A stretch of 64,000 nucleotides of DNA from Verrucomicrobiales bacterium (GTDB lineage Bacteria; Verrucomicrobiota; Verrucomicrobiia; Verrucomicrobiales; V1-33). The stretch spans positions 1 through 64,000 of the forward strand of contig JANOAV010000091.1 of NCBI GenBank assembly GCA_031411295.1. Reading direction: 5' to 3'. A program made the position numbers and the translations under genes. The notes beneath the pieces are model-generated. The model had not been told where the DNA came from. It did no database searches and was given only the letters and a program-made list of their open reading frames with translations. This document shows positions 37,375 through 46,707 of this stretch, piece by piece. The number at the start of each line of letters is the position of its first letter. The stretch's first letter is position 1.

Positions 37375-39279
37375 TTAGAATTTGGTGCTGATGTCGATGA
37401 AGAAGGTGTCGCTCTTGAGCGGCGGCCCGGCAATTTGCTCTGCGCTCATCCATTGCACGCCGAGTTTGACGCGCTTCGAAAGAGCAATCGAGCCTCCCAC
37501 CACGAACCCTTTGGCATTCGTCCCGCCACCTGCGAATTCGGAATCGGTGAAACCATCGATGACCGCATCGGATTCCACATAGCGATACCCCAGGAATGCG
37601 CTCCAGTCACCCCGCTTCTGGAAGCTGGGTTTGCCGATTTGTAGCTGCACCATCCAAGCAGTGTCCCCGCCTTCATACGGGCCCACTTCGGTCGGGGTGG
37701 TCTTCGGGGTAGTGTCTGCGGTGGTGGTCGTGGTGGCCGTGCCATCAGGCGCGGTCGTGGTCACCTCCACGGTTGGTGGCGCGGGATTGGGTCCGCGGTT
37801 GTTGACCGCACGGGAGTTGATCTTTTCTTGATCAAACGCCAAATTCTTCAGATACTCACCTTTGAGTGAGATCTGACAAGGCTCCCAGTTGTTGAAATCA
37901 AGTTTCCCGGTAATCGCCAGCACTTGGAAGGGCGTCGCCAAACCAAAATACTGGTATTGATTGGTAGTGCCGAAGTTGTTAAGTGGGCTCGGCACAATAT
38001 TCCGCAGCGCCATGTAGGTATTTCCCCGCTGGGCAAAAGAAGGACGCGTGTTGTCGGTATTGCCGGCATCAGACGCGCTGAGCGGAAGATATGGATCAGA
38101 GAGCTTCCCTTCCACACCTTGGAAATGATAGTAAGCTGCCGCCAGCTTGGCATCCACCTTCTTGGTAATCTGCCAGTCGAAACCGGCCTGCGCTGCGTAA
38201 AGCCATTTATCGGTGCTCTTGAACTTGCTGGGCTGGTTGCTGCTGAAGTTCATGTCGTTGTTAAAAACCGGGGAGAGACTTCCTGTCACAAACGGCGTGA
38301 AGCCAGGGGCAATCTCATACTTGCCTTGCAGGGCTAATCCATCGAAGCCGATGTCTTCGTCAAACATCACGTCCGAGCAGAAGTAAGGGTTGTCGAAACG
38401 GCCGAAAAAGACCGCCAGTTCCTTGTTGGGAACGTCACCCAATTCCCACTTCATAAATGCCCGGTCCAACCAAATGGCATATTTGCTGAAGTTACCGCCC
38501 TGACCTTGATTGGCCAAGCCCAGACTTTGGTTCGTGGTCACGGGGGAATTGTTTTCGCCTGTCCCGAGGCGCAATCCGCCCGTGAATCCTTCTCCCAGAT
38601 CCAACTCCGTTCCCATGCGAGCGCGGAGGCGGAAGCGTTGCCGATCGGCATCGACGTTGTATTGAGGAGAAAAGACCGTTCCCGCAGTATCAAACGGAGC
38701 ACCCGTATTGATTGCATTGAAATTAGGGAATGCTCCGGTGTTATCATTGCCGACCGGGTAGCTATCGATTTCGTAGCGCAGACGAATATCGCCAAAGGGC
38801 TTCCAGCGTGACACCCAGTCTGGGACCTGTCCTGCTCCCGTCCATTTTTCAGCCTTGGCAGCTGCGAGGACGTCATCCTTGATTTCGTCGCGAATTTGCT
38901 CACGCACCGTTTCTGGAATGTAGGGCACACGCATGTCGTTCTCGCCCAGTGGATCTGCAGTGGCGGCGGCAGCGGCTTCGGCCCGTGCGTTGGCGGCATC
39001 TTGCTCCGCTTGCAGGATCAGAGCCTGACTCTCGGCTTTGGTTATGGAGCCCTTCATTTCCAAAAGTCGCAGCAAGTTCACCATCGCATTCTGCGAGGGC
39101 GCGGCCTGAGGATTGACCAGCTCCGCTGCCGGAGCCGCCCGTCCATCGCCCTCGGCCTGCGGCAAGGGTTGCTCAAGCGGCGGCAAGTCTGTCGTCTGCG
39201 CGGAAGCGGAGGCCAGGCAAATGCTCGTGGCGAGAGCCCACGGTAGGTGGCGAGTAAATTTCGTGTTCAGAGTAATCAT
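37375..39279 (-). CDS. Putative outer-membrane porin (Porin_5-like beta barrel) with N-terminal periplasmic extension
   Basis: Signal peptide, helical N-domain, GDIRLRYE...RQRFRLRARMG..IWLDRAF, YRYVESDAVIDGFTDSEF.GGTN, terminal Phe (DISTKF). Confidence 0.85.
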   Translation of the reverse strand: MITLNTKFTRHLPWALATSICLASASAQTTDLPPLEQPLPQAEGDGRAAPAAELVNPQAAPSQNAMVNLLRLLEMKGSITKAESQALILQAEQDAANARAEAAAAATADPLGENDMRVPYIPETVREQIRDEIKDDVLAAAKAEKWTGAGQVPDWVSRWKPFGDIRLRYEIDSYPVGNDNTGAFPNFNAINTGAPFDTAGTVFSPQYNVDADRQRFRLRARMGTELDLGEGFTGGLRLGTGENNSPVTTNQSLGLANQGQGGNFSKYAIWLDRAFMKWELGDVPNKELAVFFGRFDNPYFCSDVMFDEDIGFDGLALQGKYEIAPGFTPFVTGSLSPVFNNDMNFSSNQPSKFKSTDKWLYAAQAGFDWQITKKVDAKLAAAYYHFQGVEGKLSDPYLPLSASDAGNTDNTRPSFAQRGNTYMALRNIVPSPLNNFGTTNQYQYFGLATPFQVLAITGKLDFNNWEPCQISLKGEYLKNLAFDQEKINSRAVNNRGPNPAPPTVEVTTTAPDGTATTTTTADTTPKTTPTEVGPYEGGDTAWMVQLQIGKPSFQKRGDWSAFLGYRYVESDAVIDGFTDSEFAGGGTNAKGFVVGGSIALSKRVKLGVQWMSAEQIAGPPLKSDTFFIDISTKF

Positions 39280-39302
39280 ATGGGGTTGAGAAATTGTAGC
39301 GA

Positions 39303-40001
39303 CTAGTTAGGTCGGGCGATGGTGATTCGCATGTTGATGGGCATGGGCATCCCCACTGGCGGGGCCTCCGGGAGCTGGAAGCCTTGTAAAATGGAGGAAT
39401 CCATGGTTTGGGCGACTTTCGAATCGCCACTGACATTCTTGAGCACCGCCTTCGTGACCCGACCCGTAGAGTCTGACCAAAGGCTGGCTTCGCATTTCAA
39501 ATCAGCGGTCTTGGTGGCACTATGCTGGCGGAGCGCACCTACAAGTGCCTTTTGCGTGGCGATCACAAAGCCGTCAAATTTCCCACGTTTCTTGCCGCCA
39601 CCAATGGTGCCGGTTCCCTTACGACCATTTCCGCCTGGCAGAATTCCACCAGGAGCAGAAGGCGCAGTGCTAGAGGGTGGCGCGGCATCAGGTGGGGTTT
39701 CCGGAGTGTCTGGCGTTTCCACCGGTGTTTCCTGCTTCACGATTTCTTCTTCCTTCGGAGGCTCTATTTTTGGCGGTGGTGGTGGCGGTGGTGGTGGCAT
39801 CGGCACTGACATCGAAATGGGAATTTCCCGCTCCACCTTGGCCACTTTCACCTTCTCAGGCGTTGGTCGCGTGCCCACATAGGCAGCCGCGCCAACGAGA
39901 GCTAGCAGAATACCAAAGAACGTGACCGGGCTGCGTTTCCACATGGGGCGATCATCATAATCGTCCTCATAATCGTCTTTCGGTGATGGGTTGTTTGCCA
40001 T
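39303..40001 (-). CDS. TonB/TolA-like energy transducer
   Basis: Single N-terminal TM helix, poly-Pro linker, TonB-C-like domain (LWSDSTGRVT..SGD..LPEAPPVGMPMPI). Adjacent to exbD. Confidence 0.8.
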   Translation of the reverse strand: MANNPSPKDDYEDDYDDRPMWKRSPVTFFGILLALVGAAAYVGTRPTPEKVKVAKVEREIPISMSVPMPPPPPPPPPKIEPPKEEEIVKQETPVETPDTPETPPDAAPPSSTAPSAPGGILPGGNGRKGTGTIGGGKKRGKFDGFVIATQKALVGALRQHSATKTADLKCEASLWSDSTGRVTKAVLKNVSGDSKVAQTMDSSILQGFQLPEAPPVGMPMPINMRITIARPN

Positions 40002-40009
40002 GGGATTAG

Positions 40010-40405
40010 TTATGGTTTCTCGGCAGCGAGGTTGATTTCAGTGATGCCCATTTTGTTGAGGGTGTCTAAGACGGGCCAAAGGGACTGGTATTGCGTTCCA
40101 TTATCTCCGCGCAGGATCACTGGGGAATCAGGAAACTTCGTGCGCCATTGCGCCACCCGCGCCTCCATGTTGGCCACCGGAACTGGCGGATCGCGATCGA
40201 CCTGCACACTGCCAGAGGCTTGGACGGTGATGGAGAGTGGTTTCTTGAGGGATAAACTTGGCGCAGCGCTGCTCTTCGGGAGCTTCACCTTCATGCCCTG
40301 CACGCTGGCAGTGGTCATAATGATGAAGATGAGTAGGAGCACCAGATAGAGGTCCACCATCGGGGTGACGTTGATGTCGTCGTAAGATTTTTCGTCGGCA
40401 TTCAT
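40010..40405 (-). CDS. exbD: ExbD/TolR biopolymer transport protein
   Basis: DINVTPMVDLYLVLLLIFII with the conserved TM Asp; VILRGD motif. Confidence 0.93.
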   Translation of the reverse strand: MNADEKSYDDINVTPMVDLYLVLLLIFIIMTTASVQGMKVKLPKSSAAPSLSLKKPLSITVQASGSVQVDRDPPVPVANMEARVAQWRTKFPDSPVILRGDNGTQYQSLWPVLDTLNKMGITEINLAAEKP

Positions 40406-40411
40406 GGGTAA

Positions 40412-42250
40412 TTATTCTTTGGAGGATGGGTAAGCTTCAGCAATCCGGGCGACGAATTCGTCGATGAAAATTTCCATGCCATTAATCGCTTCTTTGATAC
40501 GGGAGCTGAGATAGCTGTAGAGGAACAACGCGGGGATGGCGACCGCCAGACCAGCCACCGTGGCCAGCAGCGCGCCCGCAATACCAGGAGCAATGGAGTT
40601 GATTTCCACTTCGCCACTCTGCGCGATCACCGCAAAGGTGATCATAACGCCGATCACGGTTCCCAGCAGCCCAAGGTAGGGACCGCCTGCGATGCCGATG
40701 GTGAGAAATACCAACTTGCTGTTCAGGCGCTGCACTTCGCGGACGTGACCACCGTCCAAGGTTGCGCGGATGGCTTCGATGGAACGACCCGACAGGCCAT
40801 CAAATTTCTGCTTGGGATCATCGATCCGCTTTTGGATTTCCTGAGAGCCAATGTGGTAAATGTGGAACAAGGGAGACTGCCGCATGATTTTCTGCTCGCC
40901 CCCAGAAGACGCGCCCAGGCTCTTGGCTCCATCGTCGCTACTGTGATCCAAGGCTGTTAAGTCACTGGAAAGGCCTTCCCACCGCTTCAAAAACACTTTG
41001 GAAGCTTTATTGATTTTATTGAGGTAAAGGAACTTCTGCACGCCCACGGCCCAACCGACGACCGCCAGGATAATGCAGCCGAAAATAACGATGACACCGT
41101 CCGGGGTAAGGTCCTTGGAGATGTCCCTAAAGAGCGCAATGTGCTTGGAAATTTCGCTCTCGTGCTCCGCCGGGGTGCCTGACTCTGGAGCGCCTTGGGT
41201 AATGAGCTTGGCAGCTTCGGCCGAGTTTCCCTGGCTGATGGCAGCTAATTTGATGCTGCCGACTTCACGGGCAACTTTGGAAATTTGCAGTTCATCAATC
41301 TCACCGGTAAAGGCGGCCGGTGAATTTTCGTCGCGTCCCAGAATGCACGGGCCAACCAGTGCTGGCAGCGGAGTGGCCACGGTCCCGGCGGCCAGTCCAT
41401 TCACATAGAGGGTGATCGCAGGCCCGTTGGCAATGACCGCTAAATGAGTCCAGACATTGACGATCAAGGGGGTGGTCCCAGCAGCGGTTTGCTTGGCTCC
41501 GCCCGTGGTGATTTCCACGAAGGGCAGCCCGGCATTTTCCCCCACCACAAACCCATTCCCGCCTTCATGGCGGCTGAAGAGCGCGGCATTGGTTTTTAAG
41601 GCCGTGGGCTTAATCCATGCGGACCAGGTCAAGGCCCCGCCTGCGGTCCACGCCAGCGCAGGGTTGTCAATGGAAATGGGCGTGGGGGCGGGCAAACGCA
41701 AGCCCGTCCCGATAACGGCCCCGGCTGCCGCCGCACCTGCCTTGTCCGGCACAATCTGGTTAGGGGATGAGTCCATGGCCGGGGCATTGTTCTCAGAAAA
41801 GTGATACACCAGAGTGGTGTCGGCATCGTAAGTTGCCTTCGGTTCGAATTTCTTTTCCGTGGCCTTACTATTTCCGTAGTAGAGCCATAAATTGGTGGCC
41901 ACTTCAGGCTTTACGTCCGGCACCTTGACCCACACGGCGGCTTCGTTCAGCAGGCTGTCCCAGGTGTCAATGTGATAGGAAAGGAGCGTCTTATCATCGT
42001 CGGCCAGGAATCGTAGATCCGCTCCATCGGGCAGGGCTTCGACGGGAAAATTTGCATCTTTCAAGCGCACCAACACCGCGGTGGTGCCGATGGGGTTGCC
42101 GATGTCGTATCCTTTGGAAGTGGTATCAATCGTGATCCGCTTGCGCAAGGTCCATTCCGCATTCCACCACGGCCCGGCCACACTGGCGGACGCGGTGATG
42201 AGCAGCAAGAGGGAGGTTAGCAGGAAGGATCTGGAAGTGCGGAGAAACAT
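40412..42250 (-). CDS. exbB: DUF2341 - LamG/concanavalin-A-like - MotA/TolQ/ExbB fusion protein
   Basis: WWNAEW..RKRITID, DGADLRF, AVWVKVP, WLYYGN (DUF2341); WTHLAV..LYVNG..FTGEIDELQI (LamG); GPYLGLLGTVIGVM..IAPGIAGALLATVAGLAVAIPA (ExbB). Confidence 0.88.
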   Translation of the reverse strand: MFLRTSRSFLLTSLLLLITASASVAGPWWNAEWTLRKRITIDTTSKGYDIGNPIGTTAVLVRLKDANFPVEALPDGADLRFLADDDKTLLSYHIDTWDSLLNEAAVWVKVPDVKPEVATNLWLYYGNSKATEKKFEPKATYDADTTLVYHFSENNAPAMDSSPNQIVPDKAGAAAAGAVIGTGLRLPAPTPISIDNPALAWTAGGALTWSAWIKPTALKTNAALFSRHEGGNGFVVGENAGLPFVEITTGGAKQTAAGTTPLIVNVWTHLAVIANGPAITLYVNGLAAGTVATPLPALVGPCILGRDENSPAAFTGEIDELQISKVAREVGSIKLAAISQGNSAEAAKLITQGAPESGTPAEHESEISKHIALFRDISKDLTPDGVIVIFGCIILAVVGWAVGVQKFLYLNKINKASKVFLKRWEGLSSDLTALDHSSDDGAKSLGASSGGEQKIMRQSPLFHIYHIGSQEIQKRIDDPKQKFDGLSGRSIEAIRATLDGGHVREVQRLNSKLVFLTIGIAGGPYLGLLGTVIGVMITFAVIAQSGEVEINSIAPGIAGALLATVAGLAVAIPALFLYSYLSSRIKEAINGMEIFIDEFVARIAEAYPSSKE

Positions 42251-42287
42251 AGATGGAGACAAGCTAGCGAGAGGTTAGTAAACAAAT

Positions 42288-44033
42288 TTAAAAATCGGCC
42301 CAGACGCGGAACGAGAGCAGCACGTCGCCCACTTTGGCGTTCGGTTGATCCACCAGTGGCCACCCCGCATCTAACGAGCCGTTGAGGTGGTTCTTCAATT
42401 TCACATGCGTGCCAATTCCGACACTCATGAGTTTGAAGGTGTCCTTCTGTTCGGGAAGAGGATCAAGCAGCGAGAGTCGCGCTCCATCCCAAAAGGCATA
42501 GATGCGCCATTCGTTTTCAGGGTCCCGTGTGACCTCACCTTCTTTTTCGGGCTTGGGATTCATTTTGCCGAGCAGGGACGGGGAGCGGAGTTCCAGGCTG
42601 CCGGCAATGGCGTTGTCGCCCAAGGTGGTGGATTCAAGATACCCGCGCACGGTGCCCATGCCGCCGGCGGAAAATTGCTCGCTGTTGATGAGCGGACTGC
42701 CCGTGCCCTGACCTTGGATTTTCCCAAAGACCTGTAATCCCAATGGCAAATCGTGGGTGTGGGCAACGTCGCCCCGCACGTGGAAGAAGGCTCCGTTGGC
42801 CTTGTAGCGCTTGTTGTCGAATTCCGCTTCATCGCTGCCGGTTCCCCGGAAGCTCCAAGTGGCGCTGGCATTGAGTTCCGTGAAGGATTTCTTACCGGAC
42901 CAATTGGCTCCGTAACTCGCGCTGATTGGATAGTAGGTAATCGGGGTGGCAATCTCATTGGTGCCGACGATGACATTTTCCTTAAAATGTTTGTAGTCCG
43001 CCCCGAAACTTAGTGACTGGTAGAAGCCAGTGTCCGTTGGTAAATTGAACAGGCCGCGCATCCCCAGGATTTCGCCTCGACCAGCCACGGCGGCTCCACC
43101 CAGCGTGGAGACATTGCTGTCCTGCTTCGTGCCCATGAACATCAGGCTCACATCGTCGAAGTTAGGGAATCGCATCAAGTAGTAACTGGAAATCACGGAA
43201 GCATCTTCCGGATCCTGCGGAGCCACTTGATAACTCACTCCCAAGGCGTGGCCCAACTGCCAGAGATTGGCATAGCTGAGGGATGCATTGAGCCGCAACG
43301 GTTCGGTGTCGGCGGTGTAACGATTGTTCAATTCCACGCTGCCATGCATGGGAAACTTATCTTTGACGATGAGGTCGATGTCCAAGGTCCCTGGTTCAAC
43401 ACCCGGTCTCACCCCCGTTCTTACACCGGGCTCATCACTCTTCTGACCTGTCTCAGGCACGATAGTAATCTGTCGATCTGGCATTTGATTTAGAGCAATC
43501 AGGTCGCGTTTAACATCATCTCTATTCAAGACCTTGCCTTCAGCCAGCGACGGCACGCGACGCTTGATTTGCTCCAGCGAAAAGTAGCGCGAACCATATA
43601 CGCGCAGGCGGCCCACCGGATTCTCCGAAACGATCATTTTGATCACGCCCCGCCGTGGCTCCTGCTGCGGAACTTCGACGCTCACGGCTTCGTAGCCAGC
43701 GGCCGCAAACGCCTTCTGCAAAGCCAGTCGAGCCTGTTCTACATCTGCTGCGGTGCGGCCTGGACCCATGAAGGGATAGACTGCTTTCTCGACGTCCTTT
43801 TGCGGTAAACTTTTGACGCCAGACACCCGATATTCCCGAACATACAAAGTCGGTTCTTCGGCTCCTTGGTCCGCCGGGCCAGCGTCAGCTCCAGCCTCGG
43901 AATTGGCTTCGGCTGCTGGCGTTGCATTCTCGGCGGCCGCAGGCTCTTGCGCCACGGCCAGAGATTCCAGACAACACCAGCAGAACAACGCGGAAATCCC
44001 GCGCAGAGGGTGAATGGAGGATGGAAAAGGCAT
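42288..44033 (-). CDS. ShlB/FhaC/HecB-family TpsB outer-membrane transporter
   Basis: POTRA domains, VRGY motif (GGMGTVRGY), FWDGA, terminal Phe (VWADF). Start taken at ATG 44033. Confidence 0.92.
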   Translation of the reverse strand: MPFPSSIHPLRGISALFCWCCLESLAVAQEPAAAENATPAAEANSEAGADAGPADQGAEEPTLYVREYRVSGVKSLPQKDVEKAVYPFMGPGRTAADVEQARLALQKAFAAAGYEAVSVEVPQQEPRRGVIKMIVSENPVGRLRVYGSRYFSLEQIKRRVPSLAEGKVLNRDDVKRDLIALNQMPDRQITIVPETGQKSDEPGVRTGVRPGVEPGTLDIDLIVKDKFPMHGSVELNNRYTADTEPLRLNASLSYANLWQLGHALGVSYQVAPQDPEDASVISSYYLMRFPNFDDVSLMFMGTKQDSNVSTLGGAAVAGRGEILGMRGLFNLPTDTGFYQSLSFGADYKHFKENVIVGTNEIATPITYYPISASYGANWSGKKSFTELNASATWSFRGTGSDEAEFDNKRYKANGAFFHVRGDVAHTHDLPLGLQVFGKIQGQGTGSPLINSEQFSAGGMGTVRGYLESTTLGDNAIAGSLELRSPSLLGKMNPKPEKEGEVTRDPENEWRIYAFWDGARLSLLDPLPEQKDTFKLMSVGIGTHVKLKNHLNGSLDAGWPLVDQPNAKVGDVLLSFRVWADF

Positions 44034-44225
44034 GAGTCGGTTGAGGTGTTTTAAAATTTGGGTTGGATCACCTATCTCATGGTGTGGACTCAACTCTCAA
44101 GATGTGCTGTGTGACATTGTCGTTTCACAATTACTGGAATCACCCAACGATGGTGTCGCCAACTTTCCCCTTCCAGACGCGGAACTCCCTTCGTCCCGCG
44201 GGTTGATGCTAGGATGGGGGTGCTC

Positions 44226-44242
44226 TGTGACTTTCCTGTTAC
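44226..44242 (-). promoter_or_regulatory. Candidate OmpR/PhoB-type (Pho-box-like) direct repeat upstream of the TPS operon
   Basis: Minus strand GTAACA-GGAAA-GTCACA: two GT[AC]ACA units on an 11-bp period, ~190 bp upstream of tpsB. Confidence 0.35.
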
Positions 44243-44303
44243 CATCAATACCGCCACTGTAGCGGCCTGCTTTTATGCTAGGATGGGAACATTTCCCTCT
44301 CTG

Positions 44304-45650
44304 TCAAAGCACCCAGCCGTTGCGGGGCTCGCGGCGGAGGAATTTCTCCGCTTCTGGCGCATTGGGGAAGCGCAGATTCTTGGCATCCCACGCGAGTTTC
44401 TTGCCAGCGCGGAAGGCCACGTTTCCCAGATGATTCGCTTCCGTCAGTGGCCCGGCATAACTAAAGGGACTGGCGGTGGGGGTGCCATTTTTGATGGCGT
44501 TAAGCCATTCCTGCTGGTGTCCCGGACTGTCCGGGATGAACTGGGTGGGGCGCTTGAAGTCCTTGAAATCAGCCTCCGGTAAGAGTTGATGTTTGCTATA
44601 GTCTGAGATGAGCATGCCCTTATCTCCGATGAAGAGCACCCCGCTGTCATAGTGCGGAAGCTTCTCCTCGAGGAGGATTTGTGGTTTCTGGGTCCCTTGG
44701 TGCCAGGTCACTTTGCAAGGAGGCAAGTCGCCTCGCGCCCCGTATTCATAGACTGCCTTCATACTGGCCGGAGCCAGCTCCGCGTCGGGTGAGGGACCGC
44801 TGGCTTCGATGGTGCGCGGAGCATCCAATTTTAGGGCCCAGAACGGCAGATCATTCCAGTGGCTGCCCAGATCACTCATGGTGCCATTGCCGAAATCCCA
44901 CCAGCGATACCATTTGGGGCCGGGAAAATAGACTTCATGATAGGGGCGAAACGGGGCCGGCCCCAGCCAAAGATCCCAATCCAAATACTCCGGCGGAGCC
45001 ATACCTTCAGCAGGGCGGGCGGTAACACTAACGATATCACCATGAGCCCTGGCTTCGTCCGCGCTCTGCAATCCCCAGGCCCGGGAAACCCAGACATGCG
45101 CCTCAGTTACCGTGCCGATGGCACCGCTCTGAATCAACTCCACCACGCGATGGTAGTTATTGCCGGCGTGAATCTGCGTGCCCATCTGCGTGGGCGCTCC
45201 GGACTTGGCCGCGGCTTCGGTGATGAGGCGGGCTTCCTGCACGTTGTGAGTTAGGGGTTTCTCGCAATAGACCGCTTTCTTCGCCCGCAGTGCCGGCATG
45301 GTGGCAAAGGCATGAGTGTGTTCTGTGGTGCTGACCACGACCCCATCGTAATCCTGAATCTTGGTGTAGAGTTCCCGGAAATCAGAGAAACGCTTCGCCT
45401 CTGGATGGTGTGCCCCAGCGGCTTCCAAGTTGCGTTTATTGACGTCACACAGCGCCACGATTTCCACTTGGGGATCTTTACTCACCTCCGCTAAATTTGC
45501 CCCGCCCCGACCTCCACTGCCGATGACGAGCAGGCGGATCTTGCGGTTTGGCGAAGCACTCCGCACAATGGCCGGAAACGCCAGTGTGCCAGTGGCCAAG
45601 GTTGCTTGGCTCAGGAAACGACGTCGGGAGAAATCAGTAGATGGGTGCAT
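44304..45650 (-). CDS. Gfo/Idh/MocA family oxidoreductase, Tat-exported
   Basis: SRRRFL twin-arginine signal, IGSGGRG Rossmann motif, [15 protein letters not shown]. Confidence 0.92.
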   Translation of the reverse strand: MHPSTDFSRRRFLSQATLATGTLAFPAIVRSASPNRKIRLLVIGSGGRGGANLAEVSKDPQVEIVALCDVNKRNLEAAGAHHPEAKRFSDFRELYTKIQDYDGVVVSTTEHTHAFATMPALRAKKAVYCEKPLTHNVQEARLITEAAAKSGAPTQMGTQIHAGNNYHRVVELIQSGAIGTVTEAHVWVSRAWGLQSADEARAHGDIVSVTARPAEGMAPPEYLDWDLWLGPAPFRPYHEVYFPGPKWYRWWDFGNGTMSDLGSHWNDLPFWALKLDAPRTIEASGPSPDAELAPASMKAVYEYGARGDLPPCKVTWHQGTQKPQILLEEKLPHYDSGVLFIGDKGMLISDYSKHQLLPEADFKDFKRPTQFIPDSPGHQQEWLNAIKNGTPTASPFSYAGPLTEANHLGNVAFRAGKKLAWDAKNLRFPNAPEAEKFLRREPRNGWVL

Positions 45651-45743
45651 GGTGAACGTTCTAGCCTGAAACGTCACGGCCTGCCCAGCCTTTCCGTGTC
45701 CGCTCTTGCGGAGGACCTCATTACTTGCCGGGTCAACAAGCGA

Positions 45744-45778
45744 CCCGCCGACACGTGGGAGGGAACCGTGTCGGCGGG
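45744..45778 (-). terminator. Probable terminator hairpin
   Basis: Perfect 12-bp stem CCCGCCGACACG / CGTGTCGGCGGG, ~50 nt past the stop at 45829; weak U-tract. Confidence 0.55.
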
Positions 45779-45828
45779 CGCTGGTTACCACCAAGGACTA
45801 GGTTGGTCCTCAGCGTCTAGGGGAGAGC

Positions 45829-46518
45829 TTATTGGCGGAAGGCCAGATCGTCGATGGCGAAGGTTTGCAGCACAGTGGAACCAGGGATGGTTACCGTGAT
45901 CCGCACCGCAATGATGCCACCAGCCACCGTGGCGGAACGGGCGATGAAGGCGTCCCGTGTAGGGATCGGGGCAATGGGCACCAGTTGATTGGCAATGATG
46001 ATGGGTCCACCTGATTGGAAGAACTCAGCTCTGATTTGCTGAGCGTTTTGCTGCTGGAGCACTGTGAAGCCGACGAGGCGGGTCGGCAGCGCGTTGGAGG
46101 GCAGCAGTTTGAAGATCAAAGGAGCGGCCACGGGCTGTTTCAGGAGTCCCTTATTGGAAATTGGAATTTGTGGCCCCATGGTGTTCTGCATGTTCACGGG
46201 GTTGCCGAAGCCGACCAGCATGCTGTTGATCAAACCAGCACCATATTGGGCCTTGATCGTGTTGATGCCCAGCGCAGGGAAGGGGGTGATGCTTTGGGGC
46301 TGATCGAAGTTGATCACGCCGGACATGTTCAAGGGGAAACCGGTCGTTACAGCGGTATTGAAATTAGCGTAGGTCACTGGGAAAGCGACGTTGAAGATAT
46401 CCGGTGTATTCAGATTGAGGAAATTTTCGTCGTATTGCCCAACGGTGTTCACGACGGCTTGGGCTTGGAGGCTGGCGCAGGTGGCAATAAGGGCGATGGC
46501 GGTGGCGATGAGTTTCAT
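45829..46518 (-). CDS. Hypothetical secreted protein
   Basis: Signal peptide MKLIATAIALIATCASLQA, beta-rich body, ends FAIDDLAFRQ. Confidence 0.75.
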   Translation of the reverse strand: MKLIATAIALIATCASLQAQAVVNTVGQYDENFLNLNTPDIFNVAFPVTYANFNTAVTTGFPLNMSGVINFDQPQSITPFPALGINTIKAQYGAGLINSMLVGFGNPVNMQNTMGPQIPISNKGLLKQPVAAPLIFKLLPSNALPTRLVGFTVLQQQNAQQIRAEFFQSGGPIIIANQLVPIAPIPTRDAFIARSATVAGGIIAVRITVTIPGSTVLQTFAIDDLAFRQ

Positions 46519-46707
46519 AAGCGTGTAGTTAGTTAATGGTTGGTTTGATTGATGATTGAGCGTTGGTTTGAAATTCAGCGTCGGATCGGCTGATCGTTCG
46601 CGGCTTCATAAACATCATCGCAATGCCTCCGACCCATTTGCAAAATTCTGAAAGTTTTTTGCGAACCCGAGTAAAAAGGAAACTTTGGTTGCGGGAACGC
46701 AGGGGAG

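Noticed and set aside
44110..44129. CRP site TGTGA-N10-TCACA
   Set aside because: The spacer is 10 nt rather than the 6 nt CRP requires.
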